Part shown: positions 39,000 through 50,929 of the stretch, piece by piece | Position numbering within the stretch: the first letter of the stretch is position 1 | How the letters are laid out: every line of letters begins with the position of its first letter | Assembly: GCA_002189035.1 (NCBI GenBank) | Contig: CM007989.1 | Span: forward strand, 1,054,001 to 1,118,000 | From: Utricularia gibba | Lineage: Eukaryota > Plantae > Magnoliophyta | Reading direction: 5' to 3' | Length of the DNA stretch: 64,000 nucleotides | The notes under the pieces: model-generated | What the model saw: only the letters and a program-made list of their open reading frames with translations | What the model was told of the DNA's origin: nothing | Databases searched by the model: none | Position numbers and translations under genes: made by a program

Positions 39000-40365
39000 T
39001 TAGTTGCCTGTAATCGCCGACATAAACTTTTCTAAAGCCACCACAGACGACCCACCGGGTTTTATCGCCGCCGCAGCAGAGTGCATCATCCCTCGACCCG
39101 ACGCCGCAATTCTACTCCGGCCTTTAACTCCATCAGTTCTCTCACACGCTTCTCGAACTCTGCCGCCGTGATTAAGCCGTCGGCTTCTTCGTCTAATGGC
39201 AACGCTATCCTCAGTTCTTCTACCAGAAAAACTCTGTTCATCCTCTGCTCTGCATACATCGGCAGCCCGATAATTGGAACGCCGTTGGACACCGCTTCCA
39301 GAATTGAGTTGTGGCCACAGTGGGAAACGAACCCGCCCACGGAATTGTGTCCCAGCACCGCCGTCTGCGGCGCCCACGACTTCAGAACAAGCCCCCTGTT
39401 CTTAGTCCTCTGTAAGAAGCCTTCCGGCAGCAATGATTCCAAGTCGGGCTCATCCCCCCCGTGGAGCCCAACTCTGGCGGGTTTCTCACCGCCCATAGGA
39501 ATCTATGACCGCTATTTTCCAACCCCGTGGCCAATTCTCTCAGTTGTCTTCGGGGAAATCTTCCCCTCCGGCCAAAACAGAGAAAAATAACGCTTTTACT
39601 GGGCTGCGTATCGAGCCACTTCAAACACTCGTGGCTCTCACCACCCCCGCCGCCGCCCCACAACATAGGTAAGATGGGGTAAATCGGTGGACTCGGCGCC
39701 TCCGGTACGCACAACCCATTTGTGATGGCTTCAATGGCTCTAAACTCTAGCGCCTGAAAACTGAAAACGACGATTCCAGCTGATTTGCGAAAACTCCTCG
39801 CCATCGCTAGGAAGTGGTTGTAAAGATTACTCTTAGGAAATACCACAATCTTGGGTAAATCTGAAGAGTGTATCAGCGGGCACCCGGGAACATCAACGAC
39901 GCCGTCAAGCTCCGCCATGTCCACGGCGAAAGTGTCGTGCAAAGTCGGCCAATAAAGGCCGAGCGCAAGCCCAGAAGCTCCAGAAGTTTGAAGGAAGTAA
40001 GTGGGTATACCCAAACTAGAAGAAACCTCAAACGCCCAATTGCAGAACATATCCATCGCAAACGCCCTAATTCTCAATTTCTCCGAAATCTGCGTCAGCA
40101 CTAGCCGAAGATTAGGGTTGTTGAGACGGGGGATCTCAAAGAACAGCTCTATATGGTCAAATTTAGACCCCGGTGGAATCTCCGGCATGGGAAGGCGGTG
40201 GTACGTGACTGACGGCGCGGCGGAGAGGTCAGGGGCAGCGGCGGCGGTACTAATAAGGACGACGGAGATCGAGGGGTAGCGTTTCCCGATCAGGATCGCG
40301 AAATCCTTGATCGAGTTCAAGTGTTCCTGAGTTGAGTACAAGACTACCGCGTCGGACATCGCCAT
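39000..40365 (-). CDS. UGT88: UDP-glycosyltransferase, UGT88 family (UGT88D-like), copy 1, intronless
   Basis: N-terminus [18 protein letters not shown] with the catalytic His. PSPG box [44 protein letters not shown]. The only lesions are two single-G losses (39454-39460, 39090-39092), so the gene is probably intact. Confidence 0.88.
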
Positions 40366-41268
40366 GGCTCCCGGAAATGATAGCACACGACGCCTCCAAT
40401 ATAACTACATTCCGACGCCCCCGTTCGTTGCACCTAATTAGTTCGCTGCCGGGTGGTCCCACATTTTCATCGTACACGTCTTCTGTTTCCAGCTACCACC
40501 ATTCATTCCCGCCTTCTTCTAGGGCTATGAGTGTCAGTTAGTACAACACATTTTATCACCCGCAGTTTGATAGTCTCATAGTTGAAATCATATTTTTAAT
40601 TACAAAAATAGAGAATATAATTGATATTATACAAATATTTATTCATAAATTTTAATTTCTAAACATTCTTACTACCTGTATAGTCTTAACAAATCCAAAT
40701 AACAATAATTCATCTATCAAACACGTTTATTTCATCATTTATTTAAACCCAAATCATTTAAATATTAATTGCCTACCAAACGTGGCGTGAGCGAATTGGG
40801 ATTGCACGTTTTCATTATCAAATTTGATCAAACAATCATGCGATTGGTTCCATTAATATCGAAATCTGAAAAATAGAAATACCCTAGATTCAACAAGCGC
40901 TTCCTCTGGATTATATTATAAATTTGGGCATCCTTAATAAAATATATGAAAAAAATGATCACCCTCGATTAAAAATTTTTGAATCAAGATGATCAATTTT
41001 GTAAATGATTCATTACTAGGATGGAGTATATGCCGCTGTTCCTTCACCTTCACTTCATCCTCGTGGGTGTGACGTCAAACATGTGGGATCTCCTTGACTC
41101 TCAATGCCTGTTTGCCAAATATGAACAAATTGACGAGACATCGTCCCAAGGGTGGCATTACGTCAGTATTTAATTAAAAAAATATTCATGGATCTGAAGT
41201 GGAGGGTCCAGAATTCAGACCCAAGAGGAGCATGCCCGAATGGCTCCTTTCAAGTCCGACTTTGCAGG

Positions 41269-41771
41269 TAGGGATGAAAGTTAAAGCCCAGAATTCGGGC
41301 TTGGGTCTATACATTGATGACCCGAAAGATTGTCGGGCTTTTTGGCCCGAAGCCCTAAGCCCTTAGCGCCGATTGGCCTTCGGGCCATAAAGCCCGACGG
41401 GCCTAAAGCCAATTTAAAAATATGATTTTTATATATGATAATTATAATTATTTTTAATTTTTAATAATTAAAAATCATTTTATATGCATTATTTTATTTT
41501 TAGAATATATAATATGAATTAATAATTTATATAATAATTTTAAATTTTTTTTCTATAAATTATTTAAATAATATTAAAATGTATATTAATGTTTAATAAT
41601 TTTTTAAAATGTTTAATTTATTACATGATAGGCCCGTGGGCCAGGTAGGGCCAGCCCGACCCAATGAATAATCGGGCTAGGGCCATGCTAATCATATTTT
41701 TGTGTAATCGGGCTTTAGCCCGGCCCTAGCCCGAAACTTGACGAGGCCCTCTGAAATAACTTTCATGTCTA
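41269..41771. mobile_element. Non-autonomous hAT (Ac/Ds-like) element, 503 bp
   Basis: Left TIR TAGGGATGAAAGTTA; right TIR (reverse complement) TAGACATGAAAGTTA, 13/15 match. Perfect 8 bp TSD TTTGCAGG at 41261-41268 and 41772-41779. GGCCC/GCCCGA-rich subterminal arms flank an AT-rich core. Confidence 0.92.
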
Positions 41772-41785
41772 TTTGCAGGTAATGC

Positions 41786-42416
41786 GTTTCTATTCTGAAT
41801 CTTTTTCTCGCTGGCTGTGGCTGTAGTCAGTGGTTGTAAGAGACTGGTTTATGCCGATTTTGATGAACCAGTTTTCTCGGTTTTGCAGTACGGCATGGTT
41901 TTGAAGACTAGTTGTTCAAGCTTTGCAGGGCTAGCAGCGCCAGCGAGACCTCGCCGCTGGGTTGGTGGCCAATTCCAGTGTAGAGGAGAAAGAGCTTGCC
42001 CATCTTTATGAGCGTCGAAAATTCCCATACCCTGGTGATGAAGCAGCCATGAAAAGAGTTGATTATGTTAAAATTAAGTATATGATGAATCCATCGAGTT
42101 AAATTCACAATAAATATGAATTATATTAAATCAATTAATAATAATTTTATAATTTTTATATATTTGATTATTTTAATTTATAATTCTAATTTAAGATTAT
42201 TTATTATAATACCCGATCTCAAGTCAAAATAGTATTCGATTCAATTAAAATTTGTTTTTTTTTATTTTAGGTAATGATTGAATCATAATTTGATATAATT
42301 TTTACATTAATTTCCATTCAGACCCATATAATTATGAGAAGGAAATTTTGGACAAGATGTTCTAGCACCAAGGCTTGAAGCCATGGTCGCGGTTGAGAAA
42401 TGAGGTGATTGCTGAG
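41786..42416 (+). pseudogene. Degraded copy of the gene at 45142-46156
   Basis: Aligns by eye to 45552-46127 (the intron end, TSPLGWW, ELAHLYERRKFPYPGDEAAM, NEVIAE). It has a ~125 nt deletion, frameshifts and a ~250 bp AT-rich insert. Confidence 0.85.
42061..42313. mobile_element. AT-rich insertion (putative MITE) inside the pseudogene
   Basis: It interrupts homology to the intact copy and has degenerate inverted termini (ATTATGTTAAAATTA..TATGAT-like at both ends). No clean TSD was found. Confidence 0.45.
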
Positions 42417-42824
42417 GATACTGAATTCAAAGTTCTCAGCCCTAAAGGTTGAACATCGTGGGGGAGAAAGGATTGCTAACTCCATGGGAATTGGGATGTC
42501 GTTGATTCCCTCACACTGTTCGAAGCAAAGTCTGAGTGCTAACAGATTGAGAGCCAACAACTTATTTCATACAGATGAAACTGCAATCCAAACTCATTCA
42601 GTAACACATAAAGAAAGGAGAATTGAGGGAATCAAGTTTCACACCGCTGCAGGCCACAGTTTCAGATTTCTCTGAATCAACAAGCAATTCATGGTTAGAC
42701 GAAGGAGGCTGCAAGTCAAGTTTTTCTGGGCATTGGCTGGCTGTGTCGTGATAAGTCTACATGTTGCACTAGGGTCGTTCATTATTCATGGGGATGTCGA
42801 AATGTTCACAGCGCACTAGTGAGG

Positions 42825-44175
42825 TTAGTTGCCTGTAATCGACGCGAAGAACTTTTCCATAGCAACCATACACGATCCACCAGCTTTCATCGCCGCCGCT
42901 GCAGAGTGCATCATCTCCTGTGACCGACGCCGCAATTCTACGCCGGCCTTCGACCCCATCAGCTCTCTCACACGCTTCTCCAACTCCGTCGCCGTGATTA
43001 GGCCGTCGGCGTCCTCGTCCAATGGCAACGCCAGCCTCTGTTCCTCCACCAGAAAAACCCTGTTCATCCTCTGCTCTGCATAGAGCGGCAGCCCGATAAT
43101 TGGAACGCCGTTGGCAACCGCTTCCAGAATCGAGTTGTGGCCACAGTGGGAAATGAATCCACCGACAGAAGCGTGCCCCAACACCGCCCTCTGCGGTGCC
43201 CATGACTTCAGAACAAGCCCCCTGTTCCTAGTCCTCTGTAAGAACCCCTCGGGCAGCAATGATTCCAAGTCCGGCTCATCCCCCGCCGCGGAACCCAAAT
43301 CCGGCGGAATTCTCATCGCTATTTTCTAACCCAATGGCCAATTCTCTCAGCTGTCTGCGGGGAAGCACCCCCCTCCGGCCAAAACAGAGAAAAATGACGC
43401 TTTTGCTAGGCTGCGTATCCAGCCACTTCAAACACTCGTGGCTCTCGCCCCCCGCCCCCGCCGCCGCCCCATGACATAGGTAAGATAGGATAAATCGGAG
43501 GAGTCGGCGCCTCTGGTACGCACAACCCATTTGTGATGGCTTCAATGGCTCTGGACCCAAACGCCTGAAAAGTGAAAACGACGATTCCTGTTGATTTGCG
43601 GAGAGTCCTCGCCATCACTAGGAAGTGGTTGTAAAGATTACTCTTAGGAAATACCAAAATCTTTGGTAAATCTGAAGAGTGTATCAGCGGGCAGCCGGGA
43701 ACACCAAAGACGCCGTCAAGCTCCTCAATGTCCACGGCGAAAGTGTCGTGTAAAGTCGGCCAATAAAGGCCAACCGCAAGCCCACCAGCTCCAGGAGTTA
43801 CTATTAAGTACGTAGGTAAACCCAAACTAGTAGAAACCTCAAACGCCCAACAGCAGAACTGATCCATTATAAAAGCCCTAATTCTCAATTTCTCCGAAAT
43901 CTGCGTCAAGGCTAGCCGGAGATTATCGTTGTTGAGACGGGGGATCTCGAAGAGCAACTCTATATGGTTAAAATTAGATCCCGGTGGAATCTCCGGCATG
44001 GGAAGGCAGTGGTACGTGACTGACGGCGCGGCGGAGAGGTCAGGGCAGCGGCAGCGGTACTAATAAGGACGACGGAGATTGAGGGGTGGTGTTTCCCGAT
44101 CAATATCGCGAAATTCTTGATCGAATTCATGTGCTCCTGAGTTGTGTACACGACTACGGCGTCGGTCATGGCCAT
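42825..44175 (-). pseudogene. UGT88: UGT88 copy 2, probably non-functional
   Basis: Close paralogue of copy 1. Besides homopolymer indels (44043-44045 and the Gly tract near 43448-43470), it lacks 20 nt at 43316/43317, which removes GHRFLWA and shifts the frame. Confidence 0.72.
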
Positions 44176-45141
44176 GGCTCCCGGAAATGAAATCACTCGA
44201 CGCCTCCAATATAACTACATCCATAAGCGCCGTTGCAGTTCTACCCAATTTTGTAGTCGCAACTTGCAATGCAGTTGTCGTACACGTGCTCCGATCCCAT
44301 CCCCGACAATTTACTCCGGCGGTCCCTTGCGGTAAAAGTGTCCAGCTAACCTAATGCAACACAGTTTCTTACAGTCACCGAACAAGGCGCGATTGCAGGT
44401 TTCATTACCAGTCTTGATCAAACGCGCCCATGCGATTTGTTGCATGTAAGATTCAGCAGGCGCTTCCTTCAGATCTTCCTTCCCTGTGGTTGATCAAATG
44501 GGCAGCATCATCGCCCCAATCTTCAGTTCATACTTGTCGCTGTAAGACGTTCCGGTCAAACCTCTCTGTAATCCACCGACGCCGAATATTCCATGGATAT
44601 GCCAAATGCTTCTCATTGCCAACTGGCCAACTGGGCTTCTGCATGAAACATCTCCGCCCACATAAATTTAATGAATTGACTATATTGAATTTTTTAAATT
44701 TTTAATTTTTAATTTCTATTATTTTATAATAAAATCAAAATTTTATATTTTATTAACTTTATGAATTATTTAATTTATTATATTTTTAAAAACAATAAAT
44801 ATGATATTAATTTTAAAAAATTATAATATTAATTTTTTTGTTTAGTCTAAAATAATATTTATTTTTTATTATATTTGAAATACAATTTTAAATTATAAAA
44901 CACGGCCTTAGAAATGTACGTCACTAAATCTCTTCTTAGAACTCTCCACAACTTTTTTATTTTTTTTTAAATTAAATATATAGATATTTAATTTAATAAA
45001 TAGCAAAGCAAAAAGCTAAAGAAAAAAGTTTAGCAGGGAGCTATGAACGTTCCCAAATTACCCTGTTTCGGGATTTTTAAGATAGATTTTCGGGTGAAAT
45101 AAAAAGAAAAATCAGCTTAAAATCTCCGTCGGCGTGCCTCC

Positions 45142-46156
45142 ATGGTTCTAAAGCGATACCAGCGCGCTAAAACAGGTGGGATCTGCTTAACCCTCGATTT
45201 GCAACTCCGTGATTATAACTTGCGCCTTTGATTCGTTTTTTGTTCATCGCTTGTTTGAAGGGTTCATTTAGGGGGGGGGGGGGGGCAAATTTAGAGTTCA
45301 TTTATGTTGATTTTCGCGTTGCGTTCCACCTGTTCGACAAAATGCCTAATTGAGCTGTGGTCGTACTGAATTTGGAATGGACATATGCTGTTAATATTAA
45401 TGTTCTTTTCCCAATGTACTGTTCAGTTTTTCTTACATACGATGTTAGACTCTACCTTCCCTGATGAAGGATACAATTCATCTCTGTATATCAAGGAAAT
45501 GGTAGTGTAAAAAGGACAATCTCGCAGACTTAATTTGATGGGGGGTTTCCTGTTTCTATTCTGAATCTTGTTTCTCGCTGGCTGTGGCGGTGGCTGTAGT
45601 CAGTGGTTTTAAAAGGCTGTTTTATACCAATTTTGATGAACCAGTTTTATCATTTTTGTTGTATGACACGGTTTTGAACCATAGATGCTCAAGTTTTGCA
45701 GGGCTAGCAGCTTTGCAGTCATTCAAAGCCGAGAAGTACCTGAAAAAAATAGGACTAGGGAAAGAGGATCACCATTTCTGGAAGCAAATCATCAAAGGGC
45801 TGTTGGGCACCTATGCCCTCTTCGGCGCAGCATGGCTGTACAATGAAACCTCGCCGCTGGGTTGGTGGTCAATGAAGCCCAGGCCAAAGGAGGAGAGAGA
45901 GCTTGCCCATCTCTATGAGCGCCGAAAATTCCCATACCCTGGTGATGAAGCAGCAATGGAAGAGTTCATCGCCAAGGGTGGGATGATCGGAACAGCCATC
46001 GGCCCAAAAGGGATCATTGACTCCGATCCAGACTCGTACAATTATCAGAAGGAATTGCAGGACAAGACGTTTGAGCAGGAAGCCTTGAAGCTGTGGTTGA
46101 GGATGAGAAATGAGGTGATTGCTGAGCTTCAAGAGAAAGGGTTTGATGTTGAGTAG
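45142..46156 (+). CDS. Uncharacterised plant protein with one predicted TM segment (gene X)
   Basis: Long open exon EKYLKKIGLGKEDHHFW..ETSPLGWWSMKPRPKEERELAHLYERRKFPYPGD..KLWLRMRNEVIAELQEKGFDVE*. A likely first exon, 45142-45175 (MVLKRYQRAKT), splices in phase 1 to acceptors at 45701 or 45710. The N-terminus is tentative. Confidence 0.75.
45271..45285. repeat. G15 homopolymer in the first intron of gene X
   Basis: Read directly. Confidence 0.9.
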
Positions 46157-47285
46157 CTGCATGATATGACTACGAGTATGTGAAAAGGATGATAAACTTG
46201 CCAAATGCAAGCACTCCAAACCGAATGCTGTATCAAAGAGACTAAACCATTGGCTCATGCTCTTCACCACTGCAACTTTTCATGTGTTTTTTCAAGGCTG
46301 AATTGTAACCATATGATCATGCAAATTATTGATTTTTGAGAATATATAGGGTTTGTTCTGTATTTTCAATTTGTGATTTAGGTTATATAGAGGAGAATCA
46401 GTTTTCAAATTATATGAAATTTAAGATTATAAATTTTTTTTGTAAAATAGTATAATAAAATAAATTGTATATTATAAAATTTAATATATCAAATTATTAT
46501 ATAATTTATTATTATGATATAAATATATTTTTAGAGTATATAAAATTAAATAATATGTTATTTAATCATTAAAATATAAAATTAATCACAAACTTTAAAT
46601 ATTTAATTTAATATTAAACAATTAAATATTAGAATTTTTAAAAATTAAATAGAATCAATTTAATAAATTTTGTATACAAAACAGGCTAATATTTAAAATG
46701 ATAAATATTAATTAAATACTTTATTTTGAGTATAAATAATAAAATGAGAATAAGGAGAATAACATAGTTATATCATTAAACCTCTTTTTTGTAAGGATAA
46801 AGATGTAATTTAGTAACCTTTCTATGGCGGCCTTAGCGGGGAGGCAGAGTGCAATTAATGTTGCCGCATTACGCAGCCCCTCCGTTTCTGTTTCCAGTAA
46901 CTCGTTGAGATGTACAGATGCGAGATTCTTTCCCTGAGGTTAGAGCGTCGATAGTGATTGTTTTCTCCATGAATGAATTTTTCTGAGTTGACTTGACTGG
47001 ATTATGCTTTAATTTGATCTTCTGGGTTGATCTTGATCCGGGTTTCTTAGATTTATTATTTTCGTTCGGTAGATTACCGGAACCTGTGTTTGTGTTTCGT
47101 GTTTTCTTTTGATTGAACGATGGTGGTCGTGTTTGTCGTTGACTCTATTCGAGCTTGAGATCTGTTTTCTTTACCGCGGGCTGTATGTCTTCTGAGCAAT
47201 GATGGGTCCTTTGTCTGTGCAGTTTTTGATTGCCAAGTCTAGCCTTCGGGAAGAAGTTTAGTTGAGGTATTCAAATTGGAAGAAA

Positions 47286-48618
47286 ATGTTTTCTTTGTTT
47301 TATGGGCTATGGAAGTATATGGTCAGCAAGATGGAGTTTCGTGTTCTTATACTTGGAATTGATAAAGCTGGAAAAACGGTACGTTGCTTAACAGCTTTCG
47401 TATTCTGTAGCTTCTCATTGTTGTTCACTATAAGTTTGTGCTCCATCAATTGGAGTTGATGAAGTGGACATATGTGTTGATTTAAAGTTTGTGCTCCATC
47501 AATTGTGAGGAGATATTAGTTTCTCAACAGAAGATGTGGCAGTGCTTGCGATGTATATATACTCTAGATTGCTTTGGCGCATCCGTTTTGTTTGATGTCT
47601 ATATTTTTTCGAATTCCTTGAACTGATATGTCATGACATCGCTCTTGCTGACCCAGAGTTTTGAATCCGTAGACATTGCTGGAGAAAGTGAAATCTCACT
47701 ACTCAGACTCCGAAGGTCTTCCTCCAGACCGTATTGTTCCAACTGTGGGACTAAATATTGGTCGTGCTGAAATGTCTAATACAAAACTTGTATTTTGGGA
47801 CCTGGAGGTCAGGTTGAGACTTTCATTCCCTTCATTATCTTGTTTGGTTATGATTTTGAAAATCTCCGACGAAAGTATGCTTAGTATTCATCTCATACTG
47901 TGTCATTTTTTTGTGGACGATTAAATGGGAATATGTGGCATATGAAATATTTGTATGGTTTCACCAGGCCAGTCTTCGGTCAATTTGGGAAAAATATTAC
48001 GAAGATGCACATGCAGTAATTTTTGTCATTGATGCTGCATGTCATTCCCGTTTTGAGGATTCGAAATCTGCTCTTGGTCAGTGATACAAGTTCTTATCAT
48101 ATCATTATTTTTTCACCAGTGCCTCTTTTATTAATCTCTCCCTAGTTAAGCTTGATTTCACTTTGAATTTGCAGAAAGGGTCCTTCGGCATGAGGATTTG
48201 CAAGGAGCTCCACTCCTGATATTAGCCAACAAGCAGGTATGCTGAAATGAACCAGCAATGTATTGGGAACTTCCACACCAGAGAAATATTAAGACATGCG
48301 TAATTTGCAGGATCTGGAAGATGCTGCACCAGTTGATGAGATTGCGGGGTATCTGGACCTCAAGAAGTTGGATGAGAGAGTTTATTCTTTTCAAGGCATT
48401 TCAGCCGTTAATGGTAAGCAGTCCTGCAATATCTATTACCCGAGCTCCTAGGGAAGTAGCGTGGTCTTGTTATGCTTTATCTCAATTTGATCTTCATTTG
48501 CTTTAAACTTTCCTGCAGATTGGGAATCAAAGAAAGCATAAACTGGCTGGTTAATGCTATACAGAGAAGTAAGCGAACCGAAGTCTTGAGTCGCCGCACA
48601 GGATCAAGCATTGTCTAG
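47286..48618 (+). CDS. ARFRP1: ARF-related small GTPase ARFRP1 (Arl3-like), 6 coding exons
   Basis: MFSLFYGLWKY, GIDKAGKT (G1), IVPTVGLNIG (G2), WDLGGQ (G3, one G missing at 47804-47805), ANKQD (G4). A second G is missing at the exon 5 donor (48413-48414). Confidence 0.92.
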
Positions 48619-49590
48619 AACTTATAGTGCATTACTCTTCACTCCTACCATTCACACACCTCACCATTTCCGTTTTTTAAAATTTGAAGATGGATTGCAA
48701 CAGTTCGATTTTCTCAAGGTAATGAAGCTCTCATTTTTTCTAGGTTTGGCTAAAGCAAGGCAATTTTTCAGTCAAAATGTGTTGTAAGCGTTTCCATCCA
48801 TGCTTACTTAGCAGGATCTTGCTCTCTGTTACTGCATCCTTTCTGATTATATAGAAAAGTTTGCATCATCTTGCTTGATAAAAGCTACCTCCCTTGGTTT
48901 CATGACTGCATTTTCATTGCGGGGTTATAAACATGCTGATGAGCGCACAGATAGAATAGCTGCTTCTCATATTTGTAAGCTTGTTAAACATGAGTTCTCA
49001 ACTTCATTTTGTTCTTCTTATCTATCTACCTCCATGGTCAGCCACTGCTTTCTACCATCACAGCGGCTTATTGATGCTATGATTTGATTTCTCCTATTGG
49101 AAAATGGGTAGATCCATCATATGATCCCACGAACGTGTAGGTTTTGAATCATCATATCGAATGATCACATCTACAAAAGCACAGAAACAAAATACAAGCT
49201 GTTTCTATGATACAGTGAAGCAAAACCAGATTGATCACACAGGAACAGGAATAGCACTGGGCATGTTCTTCTCCCCATTCCCTTTGGGACATTCCGTGTG
49301 GAGTGGACGAGGGAAGTGGGTTCTAAGAACCATAACCAAACTACACAATTGATGGAATGTGCATCTTAAAATCAATTTTTATGCTTTTAATTAGTAATTT
49401 AATAAATAATATATTTAATTAAATATACATCATGCATTGATAATTAAAAAATATTTTATAAATATGTATTTAAAATATTAATGTAATTCATATATTATAT
49501 ATTTAATATAAATAAAAAACTGAAAATTTATCTAGTATTTTGAGGGAAAAAAAAAAGGAATGGAATTATGTAATTGCAGCTACATCTGGT

Positions 49591-50576
49591 TTAGTATGAA
49601 ATGGATGGAGAATCTGGAAGGAAACGCTCAGAAATCCCATGTACAACGAATTTCTTCTGACAAAACATATCTGGTGAGATTAATCCGGCGCCGGCGATGA
49701 CTAGGGTTCTCGAATACTTCTCAATCTGCAGCTTATAGCCATGAACCAGAGTTTTCAGCGACGAATTCCCTGCTTTTAGCAGGCCATTTTCACTGAATCT
49801 ACGCGGAACGATGTGCATTCTCACGAGTTTGCTGGTCCACGGGGAAGCCGCGGCCGCAGCGGTGAAATCTGGATCTGGAGGTGCGAAAATGGTGGCGGAA
49901 CTCAGATTCTTGTACTCGTCGAGAATCTCGTCGATTGCCGCGTCTAATCCGGTCGCGAAGGAGACGAATCCTTTCGAAAGCAAGAATCGGATGATTCTCC
50001 CCCAATGGATGCGGCGATGGGAAGTATCGGAGGCCGATTGGTTGGGGGAGATGCACTGCGACGGCCGAATTTGGGGGAACGGTTGGAGAACGCCGTGGAC
50101 GGAAATTGACCCCTGAAGAAACAGATCTGGATGCGAAATCAACACATTGTTGATTTTAATCGACCTGAGCTTGGGATTCTTCTCTGTAATTACCAAATCC
50201 TTGCTCAAGCAGAACCCTGGCGGCTTCTTGGCCAGATCCGTCATTGTTAGGCTGGAGGAGGCGATGTGATAACGGAGGACCCGCCGCACTTCCGACGCTG
50301 GAACTGAGAGACTGGAGATGGCGGTGTCTCGGATGGCAAAGATAGTCAACTCCGGCCCCGAGAAGAAAAGCTCCGGCGAAATTTGGAGAAGGGAGGCGGT
50401 TATGTCGAAACCGCCGCGTCGGCGGAGAGCCTGAGAGACGTTGAGCGCCAGGGATTGCGACAGCGGAGGTGGATCTTCCGGCGAGTACGGTTAACTGCTG
50501 TCAGGGAAATCAACGCGAGGATTATCGCGGTAACCAAGTAGAATGGTGCGTGAAGCCAGTGCGAACAATCCGCCAT
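49591..50576 (-). CDS. FLA21: Fasciclin-like arabinogalactan protein, two FAS1 domains, intronless
   Basis: Signal peptide MADCSHWLHAPFYLVTAIILAL, then LTIFAI, ISHPDLFLQGSISVHGV, WGRIIRFLLSKGFVSFA and FVVHGIS. One-base frameshift near 50480. Confidence 0.82.
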
Positions 50577-50929
50577 TGAAGAAGCTTCAACTCCAGAAAC
50601 TGCCGCCCTCACTCAGCCCATGACATGCACAACTATATGATGATGCCGGAGCCTCCTTGGTACGTATTTACGCCTTCAAGTCAAGCAGTAGCACACATCA
50701 ACCGATTGCCATTTTCATGCAATAGTTAAATCTCCAATTTCATAGATGGTAAGCCACTGGGGCAATTAGAAAGCAAATTTGAGCGTGATTTTATCGAAAT
50801 ATAAATATATCAATTTTTGTAAAAAGTAGAAATATTCTTGATAATGAATGCGATTGGGTAGTAATCCCAGCGAATGATTGATTTGATTCTACTGTTGACA
50901 GATAGTCGTCCATTTGCCGGAAAAGGCGC

